The notes: a model not told the origin generated them from the sequence alone. DNA of 64,000 nucleotides from an uncultured delta proteobacterium (GCA_963775425.1 CAVZJB010000011.1:352001-416000), one strand, 5' to 3'; positions 19,792 to 29,664 are shown, counted from the stretch's first letter. Numbers and translations: made by a program.

Positions 19792-21210
19792 ATGGCTCGC
19801 GGAGGACGTCCGCTCACCGCCGAATCCCTGACGGAGGAGATCCGCTTCCTCCTCAAGACGCTGATGCGCGACGACCTCTTCGGCGAAGAGGTGTCGCTCA
19901 CCGAGGCCGAGAAGCTCCTCGAGAGCTCGCTGTCCGTGGGCTTCGTCGAGTACTGCGCGTTCCTCAAGCGCCACGCCTACGTCGACATCGACCGCGGCCG
20001 AAACACCATCGCCGCGCTGCCGCGCGGAAAGAACGTCGCCGAGGGCGGCAGCGATCCCTCGCTCACGCCCACGCTCGCGGCGCACTTCAGCAAGCAGCTC
20101 GACGGCGCCAAGATGCACGTCCTCGTGGCGCGAGACGAGCCGCGCGTGGTCGCCGTCTCCGAGGGGCGCTCCGATCACGCGCGCTCGGAGCGCTCCGTGC
20201 CCAAGCCGGCGTCGGCCGGCATCGTCCCCGGCCAGCAGCCCGTGTCCATCGCGCTCGACGCCATCGCGGTCGAGCGCTACCCGCTCGGCGAGGCCATCGG
20301 GCAGGGGAGCCTGGGCCCCGTGTATCGCGCCCGCGACAGCGTCCTCGAGCGCAACGTCGTCGTGAAGGAGGTGCGGCACATCTACGAGCTGGTGACGTAC
20401 CTGCCGCGTGAGGAGCTCAGCAAGCGCGTGCGCGACGCGGTCATGGCGCAGGCCAAGCTCGATCACCCGCACATCCTGCGCGTCCTCGACGTCAACTTCG
20501 TCGGCGACTACCCGACCATCACGCTCGAGCGCGCCGTCGGCGGCTCGCTGCGCGACCGCATGACGCGCGGGCCGCTGCCGGTGCCCGTGGTGCTTCGACT
20601 CATCTTGCAGGCGAGCTACGGCCTGCACCACGCGCACCGCCACGGCGTCATCCACGCGGGCATCAAGCCGGAGAACGTGCTGTTCGACGCCGCCGGCAAC
20701 GTGCGCCTCGCGGACTTCGGGCTCGCGCGCGCCGCGGAGCGCTTGTCCGACGACACCACCAGCGCACCGCCGGTCTACATCGGCAACGGCAACCCGAGCT
20801 ACATGGCGCCGGAGCAGCTCCACCGCGCCCAGGTCGGCAAGGCCGCCGACGTCTACGCGCTCGGCATCCTGTTGTACGAGCTGTTGACGGAGACGCTGCC
20901 CGGCCGCCGCTCGCCGATGCCGTCGTTGACGCCGCGGGTCGCGGAGGCGCTCGGCGGCCCCGGCTCCCGCGCCGTCGACGACCTCTTCGACAGGATGACC
21001 CGCGACCCCGTCTCGGAGCGCTTCCCTGACTTCGACGAGGTCCTCGCGGCGCTCTACGCCTGTCTGCCCGAGGGCGGCAGCCTCGGCCGCGGCACGCTCT
21101 TGCTCTACGAGGAGGACCCGATGCCGCCCGGTCCGCTCTCCGCCGAGGGCGAGGCCGTCCAGGAGGTCACCGCCACCGACGGCGAGATGCCGCCGGGGGC
21201 GTCGGCGTAG
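19792..21210 (+). CDS. Cytoplasmic Ser/Thr kinase-like protein (probable pseudokinase) with N-terminal wHTH-like domain
   Basis: AGGAGAGG RBS then ATG 19792; GQGSLG, VVVK, IHAGIKPEN, ADFG, YMAPE, DVYALG. Confidence 0.85.
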   Translation: MARGGRPLTAESLTEEIRFLLKTLMRDDLFGEEVSLTEAEKLLESSLSVGFVEYCAFLKRHAYVDIDRGRNTIAALPRGKNVAEGGSDPSLTPTLAAHFSKQLDGAKMHVLVARDEPRVVAVSEGRSDHARSERSVPKPASAGIVPGQQPVSIALDAIAVERYPLGEAIGQGSLGPVYRARDSVLERNVVVKEVRHIYELVTYLPREELSKRVRDAVMAQAKLDHPHILRVLDVNFVGDYPTITLERAVGGSLRDRMTRGPLPVPVVLRLILQASYGLHHAHRHGVIHAGIKPENVLFDAAGNVRLADFGLARAAERLSDDTTSAPPVYIGNGNPSYMAPEQLHRAQVGKAADVYALGILLYELLTETLPGRRSPMPSLTPRVAEALGGPGSRAVDDLFDRMTRDPVSERFPDFDEVLAALYACLPEGGSLGRGTLLLYEEDPMPPGPLSAEGEAVQEVTATDGEMPPGASA

Positions 21211-21215
21211 CCTCG

Positions 21216-22232
21216 CTACGGCACGATGAGCCCCGCGCCGACCGACGCGTTGAGCGTCGCCTGGTCGAGCGTCACGGTCTGTCCGCCGTCGATGATGTTT
21301 CCATCGGTGTCGATCTCGCTCATGCGCACGCCCGTGAGCTCCATGCGCGCGCGGCCGTGGGGATCGTCCGTGACCGGGTTGTCCGTGCGCACGGCGCCTG
21401 CCACCGCGACGAAGCTGCGCGTGTTCACGCGCGCCGCGGTGTCGACCTCGTCGAGGTAGACGTCGACGGGCCCGCCGGCGAGGGGCACGTCGGTGCCCAC
21501 GGCGACGGACTCGGGCACGGCGAAGAGGAACTGCCACGCGAGGGCGCCCGATGCGCACCGATCCGACGAGCCCATGAACCACGTCGGCCCGTCTGAGAGA
21601 GGCCGGATCTCGCCGTCAACGAGGCCGATGTACCGCACGGGTTGCTCACCGGCGACCGTGAAGGTGCCGATGACGGAGCCCGCCGCGGGATCGCCGTCGT
21701 CGATGTTCGACTGGGGGAGTTGACGGTCCACCGTCGCCGTCATGTCGATGGAGACCACCTTGTCGTCCTCGTCGCAGTCGGAGGTATAGGTGGCCTCAGG
21801 GACGCGCACGTGGACGGTGGCGCCCTCGTCGAGAGACCCTTCGACGACCTCCACCGTCGCTGCGAGCGCGCGGTAGTCCTCCTTGTCGAACAGCACGGTG
21901 ACGTCCGGCGTGCCGTAGGGCACGGCCGGCGCGCTCCCCTTCACGAGATCGTCGAAGTCGATGAAGACCGCGATGTCCGGGTCGTCCACGTAGGCGCTCA
22001 TCACGAGCTTCTTCCCGGGGACATACTCGTCGGCGCTGGCGTCCGTCGAGGCCGCAAGACGCACGAGATCCCAGGTCTGACCGTCGACGGTGATGGTGCC
22101 TTCCGCCGGCGACGATCCGTCGGCCGGCTTCTGGTCTTGCTGGTTTTTCGGCGGCGCGCACGCCCCGGCGATGCACACGCACGCGGCGATGACGCAACGG
22201 CCAGTCATGCCGAACCCTGGTAGCGCTTTCAC
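21216..22232 (-). CDS. Hypothetical lipoprotein
   Basis: GGAGGT RBS 6 nt before GTG 22232; CVIAACVCIAGAC lipobox-like; acidic beta-rich body. Confidence 0.75.
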   Translation of the reverse strand: MKALPGFGMTGRCVIAACVCIAGACAPPKNQQDQKPADGSSPAEGTITVDGQTWDLVRLAASTDASADEYVPGKKLVMSAYVDDPDIAVFIDFDDLVKGSAPAVPYGTPDVTVLFDKEDYRALAATVEVVEGSLDEGATVHVRVPEATYTSDCDEDDKVVSIDMTATVDRQLPQSNIDDGDPAAGSVIGTFTVAGEQPVRYIGLVDGEIRPLSDGPTWFMGSSDRCASGALAWQFLFAVPESVAVGTDVPLAGGPVDVYLDEVDTAARVNTRSFVAVAGAVRTDNPVTDDPHGRARMELTGVRMSEIDTDGNIIDGGQTVTLDQATLNASVGAGLIVP

Positions 22233-22278
22233 ACCCTCACCTCCCGATCGCTCGCTGGAGCGCGACCAGCGCTGTGCT

Positions 22279-22294
22279 TGCATTCCAAGTGCCA
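22279..22294 (-). promoter_or_regulatory. Putative sigma-54 (-24/-12) promoter
   Basis: Minus strand TGGCACTTGGAATGCA versus consensus TGGCAC-N5-TTGCW, with correct GG/GC spacing, about 47 nt upstream of the lipoprotein start. Confidence 0.6.
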
Positions 22295-22428
22295 TATGCG
22301 CGGTTGCCGGCACCGCGCTGCTCGGGGCGACGCTTCGGGGAGGAGCGGTGCGAAGACACCCGTGACGCCGCGCCTTCCGGCGCTCGATGCGCGGGGGAAC
22401 GCGAGCCTCCGTGCCGTCGCGAGCGCCG

Positions 22429-25400
22429 CTATTGGACGTTCGTGGTCATGTCGTAGAAGTTGTCGCCATCGTCGAGGAACTCGTGGACCTCGACGAAGTA
22501 GTCGCCGGCCGTCGTCACCGCGAAGTCGATGTCCTCGGTGCCGTCGGTGCCGAGGCTGCTCGCGACCTGCGTGCTGCTGCCGGGGCCGTACAGGCGGATG
22601 TCGATGTCCTTGTCGCTCGAGTGCACGTAGTCGACATGCACCACCACGTGTTTTCCGGCCGCCACCGACTTCAAGACGAAGAAGTCGTGGTCCCCGGGGC
22701 AGATGCGCATGTTCGCGAACGACTCCGGCGACGTGGTGGACAGCTCCGTGGCCTCGGTGGTGACGTCGTCGTTTCGGAACGTTTCGTCGGTGGTGGTGGA
22801 GGTGGTGGCGCTCCACGTGTCGAAGCGATCGTTCACGCACGACGATGCCGGTGGGTCGTCGAGGGTGATGCCGATGCCGTAGGGCTCCGGCGTGCTGCGG
22901 AAGCCCTCGGCCATGATGAGGTACGTCCCCGCCTGGTTGATCATCCCCGACACGCGGTCCTGCTTGTTGGTGGCGAACGAGCGGGCGAGCGTGCGCGTGA
23001 GTCCCGACGTGCCCTTGGGCTCGAGCACGCCCACGTCGACGTCGTCGGCGGGATCGAACGCGAGCTGCACGGTGACGAGCTTGTCCGCCGGCAGCGCCAC
23101 CGAGAACCAATCCTGATCGAACTGGGCGCACGACATCAAGGCGCCCACCTCGTAGCTGCCGTCCTGAAGACCGGTGGCGTCGAGGGCGAACGCATCCACG
23201 GCGCGCTCGTTGGGGTCGGCGCCGTCGTCGACGCAGCGGCCGTCGCCGGGGGTGATGGAGGGCGTGAGCGTGTAGGCGATGCGGTCCGCGCTTCCACCGG
23301 TGACGCGCAGCGCGTAGCGGCCCGCGGGGAGCCCCGAGGCCTGGATGCGCCGGTTGCCGCCGCTCGCGGTGTCGTTGCGCGCGACGCTGCCGTCGGTGGC
23401 CGACACCAGCGAGAACGTCAGGCCGTCCCCCGCGAGCACGGCGTCGAGGGAGTCGCCGCTTTGCAGCTTCAACAGGTAGAAGTCGTCGTCGCCGGGGCAG
23501 CGCACCGCCGACAGCGCGTTTCCGCCGATGGGCGTGGCGCGCGACACGGCGTTGTTGTCCTCGAAGCCGTCGTCGGGCGAGCAGCCCTGCAGCGTGGCCT
23601 CCATGGTGTACGTGTTGAGCGCGCCGGAGAAGCCGAAGATCTCCGCGGTGTACGTGCCGGCGTCGAGCTGCCGCACGATGATCTCGTCGTCGGTGACGCT
23701 CACCGACGACGTGACGGTGCCGCCGGCGGCGTCCACGAGGCGCATGTCGAGGTCGCCGTTCGCGTGGGTGAAGCGCGCGTGGACCGTCACCGTCGACTGA
23801 AACGGCAGCGTGAACGTGAAGAAGTCGGTGTCGTCGGCGCAGACGCGGCCCGCGAGCGGCGTGCCGTCGAGCCCCAGCGTGCGCGGGGCCGCCAGCGAAT
23901 CCGGCTCGATGCCGCCCTCGTCGCACGGATCGGGCACCGGCTCCGGCGTGAGCGTGACACGCACGGTGTAGCTGGTCTGCGTCGACGCGCTCGAGCCTTG
24001 CACGACGACGCGGTAGCCGCCCGCGACGAGGTCGGGGGCGCTCATCGTGGTGCCGGTGGCGATCTGCGCGCCGTCCGACGCGCGCACGAGCCGGGCCGTG
24101 ACGTTCGACCCCGTCACCGTGATGGCCGCGTCGTCGAGGGCGGCGGCGGCGAAGCGGAACTGGTCGACGTCGCCGGGGCAGATGGTGCCGCTCGCGGGCG
24201 TGCCGGGCTGAAGCGACAGCGCCTGGGCGTCGGTGTCGTTGGGCTCCGCGTCGGTCTGGTTGCACACGGGCGGCGACGCCGTGGCGTTCACCCGCACCGA
24301 GTACGTGATGTCGCCGCCGGTGGCGGAGACGCGGGCGAAGTACGCGCCCGCCGTGACGCCTGCGAGCGTGGCCGGCTGGCCTGCCGCGGGCGCGGTGGCG
24401 AGGACGTTGCCGTTTGCGTCGAGGAGCGAGAGCGCCAGCGTGCCGGCGCCGTCGCCGGGGACCACCGCCGCTTCGACGTTGTCGCCGGCGGCGGCGGTGA
24501 AGCGGAAGAGGTCGACGTCGGTGCCGCAGATGGCGCCGGAGTGCAGCGCGTCGTCGGCGGCGATGGAGACGGCGGCGCCGGTGGTGTCGTTGGGCTCGGC
24601 GTCGAGCTGCGTGCACGTGCTCGGCGCGCTGACGTCGACTGAGAGCAGGTAGTCGGCGTTGGCGTCGGCACCGTCGCCGCGGACGATGAGGCGGTACTGG
24701 GCCTGGGCGAGATCGGGCGCGGTGAGCGAGAGCGTGTCGTCGTTCACGGGAGTGGCGGTGGCGATGACGCCGCCGCCGGGGCCCTCGAGGACGAGCGTCA
24801 GCGGGCCGGCGCCCTGGACGGTGAGCGTGGCGACGACGGTCCCCGCGGCGTCGACGAGGAACTCGTCGATGTCGCCGGGGCAGATGGCGCCCTCGTGCGC
24901 GCCGCCGGAGGCGATGGGCAGGGCGTCGAGCCCGTCGTTGGGCTCGCTGGCGTCGTCGTCGGTGCAGCCGGCGACGCAGGTGTTGGTGGTGGTGTCGCAA
25001 ACGCCGCTCGCGCAGTTGGCGGGCCCAAGGCACTCGACGCAGACGCCGCGGCCGGGATCGCAGACGCCGTCGATGCAGTCGTCGTCGGTGGCGCAGCTCT
25101 GGGTGGTGGTGCAGGTGGAGGTGGCCTGGTTGCACAGGGCGCCGCCGGCGCAGTCGCCGTCGCTCAAGCACTCGACGCAGCCGCCCTTGATGGTGTCGCA
25201 GTGCTGGCCGCCGCTGCAGTCGCCGTCGGTGGAGCAGCCCTGCACGGGATCGACGCAGTCGTGGGAGAACGCGTTGCAGACCTTGCCCGGGTCGCAGTCG
25301 TCGCTGGTGAGGCAGTCGACGCAGCGCCCGCTCTCCTCGTCGCACAAGCCCTGGAGGCAGCCGCTGCCCGCCGTGCACGGCGCGACGCAGGCGCCGTCCT

Positions 25401-25584
25401 GGCAGACGTCGGGAGCCGCGCAGGGCTGGTTGACGTCGTCGCACGCCTTCCCGTCACCGGGCTGGACGTTGGAGGGGTCGCAGGCGGCGACGACGATCCC
25501 GAGGAGGGCGGCGGCGCAGACGGAGAGGGCGAGGCGTGCGGAGTCGATCACCGCCGCATTCGACCGCGCGCGGAGGCCGGCCAC
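22429..25584 (-). CDS. Large surface lipoprotein: Cys-rich repeats plus about 7 PPC-like (pre-peptidase C-terminal) repeats
   Basis: VVAAC lipobox; CVECLSDGDC-type repeats; EPND...G.IC.GD.D.F repeats. Start may be GTG 25551. Confidence 0.85.
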   Translation of the reverse strand: MAGLRARSNAAVIDSARLALSVCAAALLGIVVAACDPSNVQPGDGKACDDVNQPCAAPDVCQDGACVAPCTAGSGCLQGLCDEESGRCVDCLTSDDCDPGKVCNAFSHDCVDPVQGCSTDGDCSGGQHCDTIKGGCVECLSDGDCAGGALCNQATSTCTTTQSCATDDDCIDGVCDPGRGVCVECLGPANCASGVCDTTTNTCVAGCTDDDASEPNDGLDALPIASGGAHEGAICPGDIDEFLVDAAGTVVATLTVQGAGPLTLVLEGPGGGVIATATPVNDDTLSLTAPDLAQAQYRLIVRGDGADANADYLLSVDVSAPSTCTQLDAEPNDTTGAAVSIAADDALHSGAICGTDVDLFRFTAAAGDNVEAAVVPGDGAGTLALSLLDANGNVLATAPAAGQPATLAGVTAGAYFARVSATGGDITYSVRVNATASPPVCNQTDAEPNDTDAQALSLQPGTPASGTICPGDVDQFRFAAAALDDAAITVTGSNVTARLVRASDGAQIATGTTMSAPDLVAGGYRVVVQGSSASTQTSYTVRVTLTPEPVPDPCDEGGIEPDSLAAPRTLGLDGTPLAGRVCADDTDFFTFTLPFQSTVTVHARFTHANGDLDMRLVDAAGGTVTSSVSVTDDEIIVRQLDAGTYTAEIFGFSGALNTYTMEATLQGCSPDDGFEDNNAVSRATPIGGNALSAVRCPGDDDFYLLKLQSGDSLDAVLAGDGLTFSLVSATDGSVARNDTASGGNRRIQASGLPAGRYALRVTGGSADRIAYTLTPSITPGDGRCVDDGADPNERAVDAFALDATGLQDGSYEVGALMSCAQFDQDWFSVALPADKLVTVQLAFDPADDVDVGVLEPKGTSGLTRTLARSFATNKQDRVSGMINQAGTYLIMAEGFRSTPEPYGIGITLDDPPASSCVNDRFDTWSATTSTTTDETFRNDDVTTEATELSTTSPESFANMRICPGDHDFFVLKSVAAGKHVVVHVDYVHSSDKDIDIRLYGPGSSTQVASSLGTDGTEDIDFAVTTAGDYFVEVHEFLDDGDNFYDMTTNVQ

Positions 25585-25614
25585 CCTCGGTAGAAGATCC
25601 GACCCCGTCGACGG

Positions 25615-25760
25615 GCTGATCAGCGACCGGAGGGAGCGGCCGCGCTGATCAGCGACCGGAGGGAGCGGCCGCGCTGATCAGCGACCGGAGGGAGCCGGCC
25701 GCGCTGATCAGCGACCGGAGGGAGCGGCCGCGCTGATCAGCGACCGGAGGCAGCGGCCGC
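25615..25760. repeat. 29-bp tandem direct repeat x5 (no spacers)
   Basis: gctgatcagcgaccggagggagcggccgc; unit 3 has a 1-bp insertion, unit 5 has one mismatch and overlaps the 3' end of the C26 gene. Confidence 0.95.
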
Positions 25761-26480
25761 CACGAGGGCGGCGTAGATGGCGCGCTGGGCGGGCTCGCGC
25801 ATGGCCTCGGGGTGCCACTGGACCGCGACGAAGAACCGCAGCTTCGGATCCTCGAAGGCCTCGACGACGCCGTCGGCGGCGCGCGCGCTCTCGACGAGGC
25901 CGGGCGCGAGCGCCTTCACGGCCTGGTGGTGCGTGCTGTTGACCGGCAGCCGGTCGGGCCCGCCGGCGGCGGAGACCAGCGCGCGCAGGCGCGTGCCGGG
26001 GCTGAGCGCGACGTCGTGGCAGGGCTCGTCCTTCCGGCCCTTCTGGCTGTGACCGGCGTTGTCCGGCTTTTGCGCGTCGAGGTCCTGCCACAGCGTGCCG
26101 CCGCGGACGACGTTCATGAGCTGCATGCCGCCGCACACGCCGAGCACCGGGATGCCCTTGTTCTCCGCGCGCACGAGCAGGCCCCACTCGAGCGCGGTGC
26201 GCTCCGGCAGGAGCTTGCCGAGCGCTTCGTGCGGCTGCTCGCCGTAGTGCGCCGGGTCGACGTCGAAGTCGCCGCCCGGGAGCACGAGCGCGTCCGCGAG
26301 CGCCACGAGCTGATCGAGCGCGCCCGCGTCGTCGACGATGGGCGGGATGAGCGGGAGCCCGCCGGCCTCGAGGATGGCGTCGGCGTACTCGCGCTGGCTC
26401 ACCAGACGCGGCTGCGGACCGCGCCTGGTCTCCTGGGTCTCGAGGTCGGGCGGCAGAAGGACGACGGGGCGGCGGCTCAC
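25737..26480 (-). CDS. Gamma-glutamyl-gamma-aminobutyrate hydrolase family (peptidase C26, PuuD-like)
   Basis: LPGGDFDVDP, PVLGVCGGMQLMNV..GGTL.QD, VNSTHHQAV, VQWHPE. Confidence 0.92.
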   Translation of the reverse strand: MSRRPVVLLPPDLETQETRRGPQPRLVSQREYADAILEAGGLPLIPPIVDDAGALDQLVALADALVLPGGDFDVDPAHYGEQPHEALGKLLPERTALEWGLLVRAENKGIPVLGVCGGMQLMNVVRGGTLWQDLDAQKPDNAGHSQKGRKDEPCHDVALSPGTRLRALVSAAGGPDRLPVNSTHHQAVKALAPGLVESARAADGVVEAFEDPKLRFFVAVQWHPEAMREPAQRAIYAALVAAAASGR

Positions 26481-26580
26481 GCGCCGAATCTATCCCCGCG
26501 GCGCGGGCGCCGTCACCGTCCTCGCCGCCCGCCGCGCTCCGGCAAACGACGCGGCCGAGCGCTTCGACTATCGTCGCGCG

Positions 26581-29500
26581 ATGTTCCGCTCCGTGGGCGT
26601 GAAGGCGGCGTTCCTCTTCGGGAGCGGCTTTTGCGCGCTCGTGTACCAGACGATGTGGTTGCGCGCGCTGCGCACGGTGTTCGGGGCGTCCACGCCGGCG
26701 AACGCGGCGGTGCTGTCGGTGCTCCTGGGCGCCTTCGCCGTCGGCAGCGCCGTCTTCGCGCGCCGCGCGGAGCGAACGTCGCAGCCGCTCAGGCTCTATG
26801 CCCGCCTCGAGATGGGCGTCGCGGCCTCCGCCGCGCTCTCCCCGTTCCTCGTCGATGGCGTGCGCGCCGTGTATCTGGCGCTCGGCGGCTCCACCACGCT
26901 CGGCGCCGGCGCCACCGCCGCGCGGCTCGTGCTCTCCGTCTTCGCCCTCGGCGTGCCCGCCGCGCTCATGGGCGGGACGTTCCCGGCCATGGCCCGCGCC
27001 GCCGGCGACGCCGCGCGGGAGACGCGCAAGCCGCTCGCGCTCTTTTTCGGCGCGAGCACGCTCGGGGCCGTCGTGGGCGCGGCCGCATCGACCTTCGCGC
27101 TCCTCGAGATCTATGGCGTGCGCCGCTCGATCTGGATCGCGTGCGCCGCCAACGCGCTCGTCGCCGTCGTCGCGCGCAACCGCGCCAGATCGTCACGGCC
27201 CGTCGCCGCGATGCCGCGCCCCGAGGGAGGCGCCCCGCGGGCGCGGCGGCTCTTCGTCCTCGTGGCGGCGTTCCTCACGGGCCTCTCGTTCCTCCTGCTC
27301 GAGCTCGTCTGGTACCGCTTGAGCGCGCCGCTCCTTGGCGGCTCCGCGTACACCTACGGCATCGTCGTCCTGCTCGCGCTCTTCGGTGTCGGCGCCGGCG
27401 GCCTCGCCTTCGCGTTCTTCGGTCCGCGCCGGCCGACGCCCGCGGGCTTCGCCGTCACCTGCGCGCTCGAGGCCGCGCTGGCCCTCGTCCCCTACGCGCT
27501 CGGCGACGACCTCGCGCGGCTCGCGTACTTCTTGCGTGCGCTCGCGAGCCCGGCGCTGTCCTCCATGGTCGCCGGCCAGGCCGTGCTCGCCGCCATCCTC
27601 GTGGTGCCGCCGGCCCTCGTCGCAGGGTGGCAGTTCCCGTCGCTGCTCTCCCTCGCGGGGGACGGCATCGAGGGCGCCGCCGTCGACAGCGGCGACGTCT
27701 ACGCCAGCAACACCGCCGGCTCGCTCCTCGGCGCCCTCGCCGGCGGGCTCGGGCTGTTGCCGCTCCTGTCGGCGCCCGGCGCGTGGAAGCTCGCGGCGCT
27801 CCTCCTCGTCGGCGCCGGTCTGTTCGCGGCCACGCGCCCGCGCGTTTCGTCGCCCGCTGAGCGCGCGCGCGTGGTCGCGTTCGCCGCGTTGGCGCTGGTG
27901 ACGACGTCGTTGGCGTTCGCGACCGGGCCCACCGCGCTGTGGCGGCAGTCCGGTGTCGGCGCCGGCCGCGCGCACCTGTGGGCCGAGACGTGGAACGACC
28001 TGCACGCGCTCACGTACGACGCGCGCCGCTTGACCGACCAGCGGGAAGGCCTGGAAGCAGGGCTCGGCTTTCGCACCATGGCCACGCACGGCGAGGCGCT
28101 CCTCGTGAACGGCGCGTCCGACGGCGCCACGTTCGGCGACGAGGGCACGCACGTGGGCCTCGGCCTGGTGCCCGCGCTCATCCATGGCGCGCCCAAGCGC
28201 GCCCTCGTCCTGGGGCTCGGCACGGGGCAGACGGCGGGGTGGTTGGCGGCCGTGCCGACCATGGAGCGCGTCGACGTCGCCGAGGTCGAGCCCGCGCTGC
28301 TCGACTTCGCCGCGCGCACCGCGCTCACCAACAAGGACGTGATGCACGACCGCAAGGTGAACATCGTGGTCGCCGATGGCCGCGAGGCGTTGGCGACGTC
28401 GAAGGGCGGCTACGACCTCATCGTGAGCGCGCCCTCGAGCGCGCCCCGCGCAGGCCTCGCCGGATTGTCCGCGCTCGAGCTCTACCAGACGGCGCGCGGA
28501 AAGCTCGCGCCGGGGGGCATCTTCGCGCAGTGGATGCCGGCGGATGCGGTCGACCTGGCCACGATGGAGACGGTGCTGGCGACGTTGTCGGCGGTGTTTC
28601 CCGACGTCACCATCTTCCGCCTCGGGCCCGGCGACGTCTTGTTGCTCGGCCGCACCTCCAAGGCGCCCCTCGACGTGCCGCGCCTGCGCGTGACGCTCGC
28701 GCGCGAGCCGTATCGTTTCTTCGTCGAGCACATGTTGTGGCAGACCGACGTCGAGGGCCTGCTGTCGCGCGTCTGCGGCAACGACGCGTTCGTGCACCGC
28801 CTCGCGGCGCGCGCGGGGGGCATGAGCACCGACAATCGGCCCGCGCTCGACAACGGCGTCCGCCGGAGCCTCGCCGACGCGTTCGACGAGATGCGCACGC
28901 AGAGCCGCCTGCTCGGCGAGGACCTGCCCGCGCTCAGCGAGCCCGTGGACCGCGCCGCCGTCGACCGGCAGGCGGGGCGCGTCTACACCGCGGAGGGCTC
29001 GCCGGCGCCGCAGGGCGTGGGCGATCCCGTCGAGCGCGCGTGGGCCGCCAGGCAATACGCGAGGGCGGCGGCGCTCGCCGCGACGCGGCCGGCACACGAC
29101 AGCGTCGGCGCGCTCATCCGCGCCCACGCCGGCGCCGTCGGCGGGGGCCGCCCCGCGGCCGGCGACCTCGACGCGCTCGTCGCCGCCGGCTTCGCCACCG
29201 ACGTCGCCTTCATCCGCGTCGACGCCGCCGTCACCGACGGCGACGGCGCGCACCTGCCCGCGCTCGTCGACGCGGCGGTGGCGGCGCTCGCGCGCGATCC
29301 GTGGGTGAACCAGGTGATCCTCGCGAGCGTCCTCGAACGGGTGCCGCGCGCGGCCATGTCACCGGAGCAAGCCCTCGCCGTGGCGCGGTCCCTCTCGACG
29401 CCGCTGCCCGGCAAGGCCGCCTTCGTCGCCCGCGTGACGTGCGTCCACGAGCTGCTCATGCGTGCGCCCGCGTCGATGCCCGGCTGGTGCGCCGGCGTCT

Positions 29501-29664
29501 ACGGCTCCATCGAGCCGGACCCGCTGTGGACGGAGTCGTGGCTGCGAGGCCGCGCCGCCTGCTACAGCACCCACGACGCCGCGCGCGTCGGTGGCGCGCG
29601 CGCCGACCTCGCCGCGTTCCTCGCGCACCAGGCGCCGACGCTGAAAGACGCCCTGGCACCTTGA
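26581..29664 (+). CDS. Fused multi-TM / spermidine synthase-like protein
   Basis: SGFCALVYQTMW, LMGGTFP, YASNTAGSLLG membrane region; ALVLGLGTGQT, VDVAEVEP, ADGRE, LAPGGIFAQW SAM-binding domain. Confidence 0.88.
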   Translation: MFRSVGVKAAFLFGSGFCALVYQTMWLRALRTVFGASTPANAAVLSVLLGAFAVGSAVFARRAERTSQPLRLYARLEMGVAASAALSPFLVDGVRAVYLALGGSTTLGAGATAARLVLSVFALGVPAALMGGTFPAMARAAGDAARETRKPLALFFGASTLGAVVGAAASTFALLEIYGVRRSIWIACAANALVAVVARNRARSSRPVAAMPRPEGGAPRARRLFVLVAAFLTGLSFLLLELVWYRLSAPLLGGSAYTYGIVVLLALFGVGAGGLAFAFFGPRRPTPAGFAVTCALEAALALVPYALGDDLARLAYFLRALASPALSSMVAGQAVLAAILVVPPALVAGWQFPSLLSLAGDGIEGAAVDSGDVYASNTAGSLLGALAGGLGLLPLLSAPGAWKLAALLLVGAGLFAATRPRVSSPAERARVVAFAALALVTTSLAFATGPTALWRQSGVGAGRAHLWAETWNDLHALTYDARRLTDQREGLEAGLGFRTMATHGEALLVNGASDGATFGDEGTHVGLGLVPALIHGAPKRALVLGLGTGQTAGWLAAVPTMERVDVAEVEPALLDFAARTALTNKDVMHDRKVNIVVADGREALATSKGGYDLIVSAPSSAPRAGLAGLSALELYQTARGKLAPGGIFAQWMPADAVDLATMETVLATLSAVFPDVTIFRLGPGDVLLLGRTSKAPLDVPRLRVTLAREPYRFFVEHMLWQTDVEGLLSRVCGNDAFVHRLAARAGGMSTDNRPALDNGVRRSLADAFDEMRTQSRLLGEDLPALSEPVDRAAVDRQAGRVYTAEGSPAPQGVGDPVERAWAARQYARAAALAATRPAHDSVGALIRAHAGAVGGGRPAAGDLDALVAAGFATDVAFIRVDAAVTDGDGAHLPALVDAAVAALARDPWVNQVILASVLERVPRAAMSPEQALAVARSLSTPLPGKAAFVARVTCVHELLMRAPASMPGWCAGVYGSIEPDPLWTESWLRGRAACYSTHDAARVGGARADLAAFLAHQAPTLKDALAP

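Noticed and set aside
25615-25760. CRISPR array interpretation of the 29-bp repeats
   Set aside because: Units are directly adjacent with no spacers, and no cas genes are present
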